A DNA stretch of 64,000 bases, taken from contig NMRA01000207.1 of assembly GCA_002633005.1 (NCBI GenBank), positions 578,828 through 642,827 of the forward strand, given 5' to 3'. A program made the translations under genes and the position numbers. A model generated the notes under the pieces. It saw only the letters and a program-made list of their open reading frames with translations, did not search any database and was not told where the DNA came from. Positions 49,975-59,512 of this stretch are shown here, one piece after another; position 1 is the first letter of the stretch; each line of letters opens with the position of its first letter. The stretch comes from Phoronis australis (taxonomy: Eukaryota; Animalia; Phoronida).

Positions 49975-51422
49975 TCAAACGACATCTAATGTGGATTTTT
50001 TTACCACTGCATCTGCACTTTGTTTACTCGTGTCTTGCCTACTGGACATTTCAGTTTCATTTAAATTTTGATTACTCTTGTCTTGTCCATGAATCGATGT
50101 AGAGTCAGCCACGCTGACGTATTTGTCATCATCATTCAACAGCGAATCAGAAAAAGAATCCGACTCCCCTTCAGTCGTCTCATCCAAATGCCTGTCTTCC
50201 TTTATGATGCGTAGATCAGCGTCCACGCGAATATCTGTGATATTTCTCTCTTGGCGATCTCCTGTTGCTTCTTTGGATGTGAAGTGAACCAGCGAGATCG
50301 CACACTTGCTGACGTTCTTCGCCCAGGAGTATAAAACTCCCACACCTTTACTCAGTTTGTCAATTCCCTTCCTTCTGTAAGGGGATAGGCGTGTGAGAGC
50401 TCTCTGTGCAACCTCGGGATGCAGATTTTTAACGTGAAAGTCTTTAATTCGCGTGTACAAACCTAGATATTGCCGCGCACCGACCGTATCAGACATGAAC
50501 TGGCAAGTGGTCCAGTCGGATGACAAGTGTTCGGGCTCCCCCAGGACCAAAAGTACTGCCATCATAACGTCGTGTACTACAGGCGGCGGGGGATTGTACT
50601 CGCGCACTTGAGAGAGGATTGCTCTGTCCATTCGCAGTACGAGTTTTGTTGATTTCTTCGTCCTTTTCAGTGCTTGGGAAACCCTTTTGGCTACTCTCAG
50701 TTCAAGCCACAACCTTTCTTTCAAACCTCTCGTTTTCACCGACCGAATCACGTGGTTAATAATTGACAGGTCGCCCTCTCTGATCGCCATGTACAAATCT
50801 GTCCTGCACTTGCCAACGAACAGGAATTCTCTTGACTGTCTGATTACGTTCTGGTCGATCTCGAACACTACGCCTATACTCTCGTACGCAGCGAGACACC
50901 TTTGAATTTCGACAACATCCATAGAAGAGTTCGCATCCAAGAGTGATTTCAACAGGACAAGATAGGTCTGCTGTAGTTGATACTGTTGTTCCGTTTTCTC
51001 GTCCTCCGTCAAATCGCCTGCTTTCCGTGCTTGTGCAATCTGCTCCGCCAATGTGATCTGGGGAATATCATCGCTAGGTCTGAGCGAGCTTCTTCCGTGT
51101 GCGGGAGATCTATTTGAGGAGAGCGTGCGAGTCACTGGTGCCTCTTCACACATTTTCTTGAATTCGGAGACGTCTTTTTCATAGTCCCTGTTTGCATCCA
51201 AGATAAGGTCAAGCGACGCTGTTTCTTCATCTTCCACGGTTGAATGGTTTTCTCTTAGTTTTTTGACGGCCTGCGTTGGTAAGTCATCCGTCAGGACTGA
51301 GCCTACCTGCAAGCTTGGTTCCGTTTTTTGCGGCTTCATGTACCACACGCCCATCAGGACAACAAGAACCCCAACAAGAATGAAAGATGATGCTACCGCT
51401 ACAGGGACGATAGCCACGTGAT
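49975..51422 (-). CDS. Gene C terminal exon: TM helix, linker, helical region and dynein-MTBD-like domain
   Basis: 480-aa ORF; acceptor ttatctttgcag| phase 1. TM IVPVAVASSFILVGVLVVLMGVWY. LSQVREYNPPPPVVHDVMMAVLLVLGEPE...DW...RIKDF...LHPEVAQRAL...IDKLSKGVGVLYSWAKNV at ~50305-50640. Confidence 0.88.
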
Positions 51423-51867
51423 CTGCAAAGATAAGGAAATGCTGTTACCGCAGTGATCTTTGCTTCTCAGACAAATTGAGTCAAGCTGGACGTGTAATAT
51501 CTATGATTGGATGTTCGCGATCTGAATTGTTGGAGTTATTTCAACATCTAGCTTTCTGTGTGACCGATCAACATCATGATAATTATCAGCCATTTTCAAT
51601 AGGAAGGATAAAGCACGACATTGTCCGGTGAACGTTGTTCGCTATGTGTCGCGTCAGACGCTTGTTGAACTGTTGAAACTAATACACATATGCAATGAAA
51701 ATAATTGTTCATGTCAACTGCAAATTACATTGTAGCCAAGTTAGTAGCCATGCACAAGTTCCACACTATCTTAAAGTGGCTCATTTTTCGAAGCCAACTT
51801 CCTCTGGTACAGTACAATTTCAACACGTTTAAGATACGTTCAATCATGAATTCTAACCCATAAGTAC

Positions 51868-52146
51868 CATCACATAACGGTATGTCGCAATATGCCCACC
51901 GCTTATAGCCGGTTGTGAAGCACCACGGCCCCTTCTTTTTGCGGCTGGGGTTCCTGCAATAGTTGGATACGTTTTCCATGTGCCGATCTGGGAAATGCGA
52001 GGCGTCCGTGTACTTATGTGCGTGAGGCATGGGTACTGACCACATTTGACAGGTGAATGGTAGCTTCCCCAAGAAAACCCTGTTCTGCTTGCCGATATAG
52101 TTGTATCCAATAACATCTGATTTGCAGTCTACGTTGCGCGTGTAGC
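51868..52146 (-). CDS. Gene C exon: kringle domain
   Basis: Acceptor tctctgtttag| and donor |gtactt; 279 bp, phase 1-1. DC....GYNYIG...CQMW...PHAH...NYCRNP....GPWCFTT...RWAYCDIPLC has all six kringle Cys and the NYCRNP signature. Confidence 0.92.
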
Positions 52147-53040
52147 CTAAACAGAGATAGAACGGGGCTGCTGTGGTACAAATGAAGATCAAAATTATGT
52201 TATGACAGCTTTACAAATGGAACTCTAAATACACAAGCTTTGTATGTTATAAGAGCTGGTCGTCGCCCGCCGGTGACAATGTTCACCGAGCTGCCAGTCC
52301 CATATTTGTTACTGATGTCGGGTGCCTTAGTGTGCATGCCCTATTCACCAAGTGACGATCGATCGCGATCCACCTCACTCAAAACTGACAAGCAACAGAA
52401 GGATGTCACAGAATCGAAATTTCGTGAGACCGCTCAAAACATCTCGGTAAAGGGCGAATTTAAATATGCCTGAGTAAGGGAAGCAGAAATGAAGGACGCT
52501 AATTATTAAATGCCGATATATCATATCCTTTGATATGCCATATGGTGACATGTGAAAATAATTCTATCCAGATATCAGAAATTGAAGATATGACTGTGCA
52601 GGTGTGGACTTTTCAAGTAAACGATATGCGTGTACTGGCTCACAAAGGAGATGTATTCACAGTGTCCCGGGAAGTCATTCAACGGAAAACCAACTCTGGT
52701 TCATAGAATTTATCGTGTCATTAAAATCTTCTAGAACACGAGATGCGTTCCCGGACTATAGCGAACCTTCTTCAGTGCAATTTTGGCGAAAGTATCACAC
52801 AAGGTCTCGCGTATGAAAGGGAAGTGTTCCGCGAGTATATCTAGAAATTTGAGCTGTTACCAGCTTAGACTAAGAACATGGCCGCCACTGAAGTGATTGG
52901 AATGCGATCGAGGCTGAAATGTTCAATGATACCAAACTAACGGTTTCTCGCGCCATATCCCCGATTTCTCACCGCAAGTATATAATATCCTGCCTGCGGG
53001 ATCCTCTCTCTCTCGAACCAGAACACTCGTAATTACTCAC

Positions 53041-53094
53041 CTTCTGTGTCGTATGACTGGATTGTTATCCACAGCACCATCAGTTGGCCTGCAA
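53041..53094 (-). CDS. Gene C candidate leader exon
   Basis: Perfect donor gaag|gtgagt in phase 1; acceptors at 53094 or 53088, both phase 1. Encodes (VA)GQLMVLWITIQSYDTE with an in-frame ATG at 53080. Confidence 0.5.
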
Positions 53095-53814
53095 CTACAA
53101 AAGTAGACGGATGTTAGCAACGTCCTGGTCTTTCTACCTGTACTTCGTCTTCTTTGTATAAGTGACGGACCACACACACTCCCCAGAGCATTACGTCACT
53201 GTGTAACAATGCAGATCAGCGGAGAACACCTACACCCAGGAGGTCATTCAGCAGTGAGTTGCAATGGTCAAGTCACTTTTCGGACTTTGGCGTGTGCGGT
53301 TGTTGGGATATTTTCAGCTGTTCTTGGCAACAAGGATGAATGTGTTTTTTAAAGAAATAAATATAAGAAAAGCTCAGAATTTCTGGTAGAACACTTCGAA
53401 AGAATGTATTTGCAGGAGCTCCATCTCGAACAATTTGTTATAGAGACAGTTTTTAAACTTTAAGTCAAATTTGCTTAAAGGCGAAGGCAACCTTTTTCCA
53501 TGTCATTTTGAGCTAAAATAAGGTTGGTTGGTTATCCTAGACATATTTTTCACTTAATTACAGCTTTTCAGAATTTTATAGAATACTCGTCCCCTACTCC
53601 GGAAGTGACGTTTTAGGAGGCAAGCGTTTCCCGCCACTTGGTTTTGCGTTGACTTTACCGTGCGAATTGCTGTTCTATTCTACTTTTGTTTTGTGCTGTT
53701 TTTCAACAATTGTCGCCACCACTTTCCATCGGCGAGTATTCTGCGGCAAGATAGGTTAGTAGAGAACTCAACTACGTTGGATTTAGGGAATGTTTAGCGT
53801 GTTATAAGCTGATA

Positions 53815-54126
53815 ATGGCTGGAGTCGGTGACCCGTATCACAGTGAAAGTAGTGTGAGTGACGGAGACCTTGTTCATAGCAGTGGTGACGAGGATTTTTT
53901 TCACGGACATTCAGTGGGTGGGTACATGTTTGAGCCCGAGTATAACGAGGCAGAGTACGCAAAGGCACAGGCAGCTGTTGAAAGAAACGAGGCGGCTACT
54001 GAGGACAGACGTGGTGACACATCTTGGTGCAAATGCACTTTGTGCGTTGTCATGCCTACCTCAATGGAATGCTTGTGCTGTTCAGAGTTCGACGAGTCCA
54101 AGCCACTACTGGACATAGTTAAGTAG
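53815..54126 (+). pseudogene. Truncated KolX-like accessory protein (Cys-rich domain similar to the P2X7 receptor cytoplasmic C-terminus)
   Basis: YMFEPEY...WCKCTLCVVMPTSMECLCCSEF matches the WCxCxxCxxMxTxxExxCC motif of KolX/P2X7 ballast-like proteins. Confidence 0.75.
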
Positions 54127-54876
54127 ACCTCCGGCATACCACGGACAGAGGAACAACTGCCTCACTGGATGGTGACCTGAGCACCCAAACTGCTTACATC
54201 GTGTCGTGTTACTCCCTCGACACACCTGGCACCTTCTAAATAGCTCCAACACTTTAGACAAGTCCACAATAAACTTATCAAAGTTTGGGTCACCGAACTG
54301 TTCACTGGACGACGAACTGTCCTCTTCACTGGGTGTCGAAATGGGCGTGTAATCACTCCCACTACTCAATATCGCTGCAGGGCTGCTTAGAGGCTCTGGG
54401 CTGGAGAAAACAGCACAGGGCGAATCACTACTGGTTCCAGGAATTGCACGCTCTGGGGTACGTTCGGAGGCACGGGTGACAGTAGATGAAGTGCCTCCAC
54501 TGGCTCCAGTCACTGTACTGGCCACAGCTCGCGAGGCTTCTCGCTTCAAAAACGCACTTCTCGGGGGTGGCGACGGGGCACTGCCGGGAATCAACACAGA
54601 CGGAATGGCATCCTTCTTCAAGCGTTGTTTCGCGGGGACCTTCATCAGTTCAGCGTACAAATCCCTTTCGTAATCGGACGGCAGAAAGTGCTTGCCACAC
54701 ACACGGTAATTCTCCACTGCTTTGTACGTTGTGTGGACGGGTAACGCTGCGTTCTTCACACGAACGAGCCAAGTACGGCGAAGTGTGTCATCCATCGGAA
54801 AGCGATGCAAAGGTACTCCCAAAGCGCGCGTGAGCCGATAATTAGTACATCCTGGTGCGCAGCAGCAGTGTGGCAT
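54106..54876 (-). pseudogene. Truncated Kolobok transposase N-terminus (intact THAP domain plus start of zinc finger)
   Basis: MPHCCCAPGCTN...LHRFP......TW...RVCGKHF...LKKDAIPSV is a canonical THAP. Then KFIVDLSKVLELFRRCQVC. The DDE core is deleted. Confidence 0.85.
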
Positions 54877-55888
54877 GTTGACTGACTAGTGAATGAAAGC
54901 AAACGACGACGGAACTTAACACAATCGAGGTAGAACTATGACTGACTCGTCAGCTCTCACAGTCAGACTACATGAAAAGAATATGGCGCGAAATGCTTGC
55001 CTCCTAAAACGTCACTTCCGAAGTAGCGGACGAGTAATTAATAAAATTACGAAAAGCTGTAATTAAGTGGAAATATGTCTAGGATAACCAACCAACCTTA
55101 TTTTAGCTCAAAATGCCATGGAAAAAGGTTGCCTTCGCAATTAAAGGTCAATTGTATTTCTACTGAAAATTAGGACTTCGCGAAACGCAACGAGAACGCT
55201 TAATTATGTGCTGCTCAGCGTAGAAACAAAAATGAAACTTTGTAGGATGCCTCTGTACTCCATCTATCAGATACAAAGCATAGCAAACCTTGTACAAACC
55301 TATTTTCATGTCACTTCACAGGATCTTCCAGCTGAGAGGAAGTTGAACTTCAATCACTTCTTCAGTCAAACAATTGTTGAGTTCAAAGCAAACAGCACGT
55401 GTGATCTGTGCGTCAATGATCTTTCCACGAATATTGCCAATCTCCCGCGCTGAGGCGAAACACACTTTCTCGATCTGTGCTGTCTTTTAATTGGGTAGAG
55501 TTTCATAGACACAAGTGCCCAGTTACACGAAACAGTACCATTAAACAGGGTCACAGCTAAATTCCCTACATCAATTGCGTATTTGTGTCTTTTTTACTCA
55601 GTCATGTAATTCTTTCGTACCATTTCGCTAGTCTTTGACATATTATGTTTTCTAATAATATAACTGAAAATTTAGTCACGTGTTCAGGGAAAATAGTTAC
55701 GTAGTCCTTAAATTAGGGGTGTTGCAAGAAGAGATCCCAATTTGTTTTCGATAATATTGCAAATACAACGTACAGTTCAGGCTCTTGGATTGCATCAAAG
55801 CTAAACATTGACTTAGTTACGACACTAAAACAGACAAATACGCAATAGATTTAGTGAACTTAGTTGAGTCCTTATTTGGGGCTGTTTC

Positions 55889-56894
55889 CATAGGCGGATT
55901 TAGGGGGGGGCAGGAGGNCCTTGGCTGCCGCAAAAAATATAACAGCAAGAGCGTAGGAAAATGTTGAGTTTATTAATTAACCCCGCTAATTAACATGATG
56001 CGGCTGAAACAAGATTTAAATGTGTGCAGTTTTGATGTTTGGGGGGGGGTCAGATCAAATTTCAAGTGTCAAATTCGGAACACGGCGCAATCGTAACGGA
56101 ACTATGACTAAGTATAGGCTCTTCCGCGATATCTCAGGCGACCGGCAGTGGCGCTGGACACTACGACTCCGTTACCGTCGTCTGCTCCACTGTGCAATGA
56201 AAAAATTACTTCATTTTTTAAAGAAACTGGAATCTGAGTGATGGTGAAAAACCAGAAGCTGCTGGTAAGATGTCAATTTTAATCAAAGCATTAGTGAATC
56301 ACTCAGAAACTCATAATTCCCTCTTTGTCAAACCTTTTAAGGTTTGAAAAAGAGAGAATTATGAGTTTCTTTTAAAGTTAAAACTTTAAAAGACGATTTC
56401 CGAAGCAATCGCGTCATTATTGCCAACACAAAAAACGGATTTGGTCTTTTGGGCAATTGAAGACTATTTTAAATACAACAAATTTGTTACGAACTGATTG
56501 CACAAAATATAAAACATGTAATAAGCATTACAAAAAGAAAGAGTTTTCGCGCAAACGCTGTGGACCATAAATAAGTACGTCTCTTAGTATCAATTTAGGA
56601 GTTAAATCGTGGTGGTGCAGTTATAAAGCACGCGCGCTCTATTGTCTAGGGCGTGAGTTCAAGTCCGTCGTACTTGCCGATTTTCCTGTTTGACACCTTC
56701 TTCGTTTTTTTTGCCTTTTTTCTTGGATAAAACTTCGGGAATCGAGGAAAATGCTTGATTTTTAGTCTGAGAAAAAAAACACAAAAAAATCCTGGGCCGA
56801 CCTCCCCCCACTCGGTGCTATGCGCATCTACAATTGTGCTTGAAGCAAATGTTTACAGACAAAATGTTGCCCCCCTTGTGATATCCTGCCACTG
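55889..56894 (+). mobile_element. ~1-kb non-autonomous element with 5-bp TSD (hAT5-like); second copy starts at 63836
   Basis: gtttc|CATAGGCGGATTTAGGGGG...ATCCTGCCACTG|gtttc; the 5' ~150 bp matches 63836-64000. Confidence 0.7.
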
Positions 56895-57055
56895 GTTTCA
56901 TGCAATCGGCAAAGAACCACGCTAAGGAAGCTCGTGTGATCACGTGCTTTGGTTATACTCGCTGGTTTCCTACGTGCCTAGCCAGCACGCAGGTATCACA
57001 CAATGGCACGCGTTAGCATTGGTTGATGTAAACTCAGCAGTCATTGATTCAGAAA

Positions 57056-59394
57056 CAGTGGCGGATCTACGTTTTCAGCAAGGGGGGTTAGGATTCCCGC
57101 CAAGGTCGAATCCTAGGCCCGTGGCGCCGAGCGGGGGGAGGTCGGGAGGGGGGGTTTCCCCTCCCGTGAAAGATATGTTTTGTTTTTGTAGCCAAATAGT
57201 GAAATTTCCATGCATCCTGGTAAGTTTCTGGCACTTAACATGTCTCTGGAGTTTTTCTTAAGATAATTAAAAACCCTTCTCGATTTCGTCACATGAACTT
57301 GGCACATAAGTTTCGTGAAACCATATTGTGCACATCTGGGAATGAGTCACGCCACCAGCAAAATTTTTTGTTGGAACATCTTCCTACACACACCTTTTTA
57401 GCATACAAAAAGTCGTATACGAAAAAGTGTGTTGTGTTTACAGGTGTTTAGACAATTTGCAAATATTCAAGAGCATAATTAAAGAGCACCGACGGGGCGT
57501 AAAAACTTGAATATCAGATGATCGCGTAACAACAGCCTCAAGTTGTTTAAGAACGAAGACCTGTACTGTTAGTCCGGAAATAAACATGTGTTCTGTCTCG
57601 TTACGAGAAAAACTGGCGAACGAATGTGCTCTCAACTCATAGTCTATTATTAAAAGCGTCAATAAATAATTAGGTATCACTTTATTAAGCTGAATCACGT
57701 TGACAACAATTGAAAAACGTCAAATCTATCAGGAAACAAATCATCTGAAAACAGTTTCACGAAACCAAAACATCCTGTGCACAGTGGTGAAAAGATACAC
57801 TGGACTAGTTTGCAGAGGGACCAGATGTACACTGAGAGTACACAAAAAGCTGACCTGGTCCGTCACGAGACCAAGAGTACACCTGTGCTTATTATCCCTA
57901 TAAAATAGTCGATCGCGGGACCAAACAGTACTGGCTGAGATAAATAGTTTACAAAGCACACTTTGGTAAAAAAAATCACAAGACTAGTTCGCCGAAGGAC
58001 CAGAAGTACACTGAAACTCAACATATACACAAATCAAGCTGGCCTGGTCCGTCGCGAGACCTAAAGTGTACTATGCAAAAAATTTTGAATTGAAAACTTC
58101 TCTCTAAAATTTTAATCCCCAGTGGTTACTCATACGTTAGTCCTATCTTTCTGTTGTAGTCTAGACTGCCGAGGAATTTGTATATCGGATCCAATGATTT
58201 GCTCGTCTTGGAACCATTCTACCCAGATATCTTCGATGTTTGTTCCCAACGCTTGCACTTCGTCAACTGCTGTGACAATGAGCTTGTAAGCCTCTACAAT
58301 GTGAGCATCTCGTTTCGCAGCTCAGTTGACACTAAGACCCTTGAGGTTGCCAAGTCCATTCAAAAGACTTACATGCGCAACTAAATTTGATCCGTTCATC
58401 ATGGACTACTTCAAACCTTGACGAAGCATCCCAGGAACTATTTGCATCTCTTGCAATTTTCGTAATAAACATCCCAATGTTTGAACGCTTGAAACCCGAA
58501 ATACTAATATCAAATAAATGCCCATGGACATGAGCGTTTCATCGGGTGAGCCTTCCTGCGGAAATTCCCAGTATAGAAGACGGCAGTGTGCTTATTGCAG
58601 GTAGACAGACGGTAGGTGTTGAGGTCGGAACTAGGGCTCCTTAGGAGGCCTACTGAACATCGCACGAGTCCTGCAAGACTTTGTTGTGAAAGAACAGCCT
58701 CCCCGCAATTTCTGGTACTGTACACTTTTCGCGAATGCGGTCACTTTCTCATTGTGAGTGCCCCCTTGGTCATTCCTTGTATAGACATAACTCGCGACCA
58801 GACCACGGCGCCCGCCACAATAGCAATTCTTCGAAAAAAGATTTTTTTTTCAAAATATTACATGTACATGTACACAATATTACATGTACACTGCATGATA
58901 TTGCGCAAGACAACTTTACTATACATCAGTTACAAACGTGTGGAATGTAATAGAATGACACGGCATGACAGATGAGGTAAAAACGTTGCACGTCAATTCG
59001 CCTGAATATCAGAGTTGCCACACAGCAGTATTTCCCCTAATCAAATCAAAATATATCTTAGAGTAAAGAAGCTAGTTACCTAAAGAAATCAGCTATAGAA
59101 CAGCGGTGAATCCATCTGAAATGCTTGGCTACTTCAGAAGTGTCGACGGAAGAGCGCGCAGAATAAATCCCCGCCGATGAGCCACAAAGACTCAGCAATT
59201 CACAATGCAAAAAACTATATTTTCAGAGTGAACCCCCGCCTCAGTTTTTTCCAAGTTGGTTTACTTGGGGTTTACACACGCTGGCGGTGCCGTTTTTGTT
59301 TTGCTGGAGACGCTTTTGTTTTTTTGTTTAATTTTTGGGTCCTGGCCCGAGGGGGGGGGTTTAAACCCCCTGACCCCCTCTAGATCCGCCACTG
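57056..59394 (-). mobile_element. 2.3-kb deleted hAT element with 5-bp TSD, nested in the 56958-59459 element
   Basis: agaaa|CAGTGGCGGATCTA ... TAGATCCGCCACTG|agaaa (perfect 14-bp TIR). Minus-strand remnant at ~58133-58470, LKGLSVN*AAKRDAHIVEAYKLI...NIEDIWVEWF...IPRQSRLQQKDRTNV, resembles PRKRIR/THAP12/ZMYM1-like hAT transposases. Confidence 0.8.
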
Positions 59395-59512
59395 AGAAAA
59401 TTAAGTGATACCTGCGTGCTGGCTACCGACCACCTAGCGGCAAGCAGAGAACCAGCGAGTTGCTTATGGTGACATCTCGCGAGGTTTTGCGTCAGTGCTC
59501 TATGTTGCGTTT

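Larger units (their letters stand above)
53479..55140. mobile_element. Internally deleted Kolobok DNA transposon with ~160-bp TIRs and TTAA TSD
   Basis: TTAA|AGGCGAAGGCAACCTTTTTCCATG...GGAAGTGACGTTTTAGGAGGCAAGC is mirrored at 54985-55140|TTAA; contains two convergent truncated ORFs. Confidence 0.9.

Noticed and set aside
20346-50905. Numerous plus-strand ORFs overlapping the three terminal exons (e.g. 20346-20861, 38157-38675, 50687-50905)
   Set aside because: Antisense shadows of the real minus-strand coding exons, with no recognisable motifs.
20357-51422. Interpreting the MTBD-like segments as fragments of a dynein heavy-chain gene
   Set aside because: No AAA+/P-loop exons are seen; each segment lies in an intact ORF directly behind a TM helix and ends in its own stop codon.
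56608-56668. tRNA-like A/B boxes (also a reverse B-box at ~33430-33452)
   Set aside because: No cloverleaf can be folded; 56608 lies inside a TE, so at most a degenerate tRNA-derived fragment.
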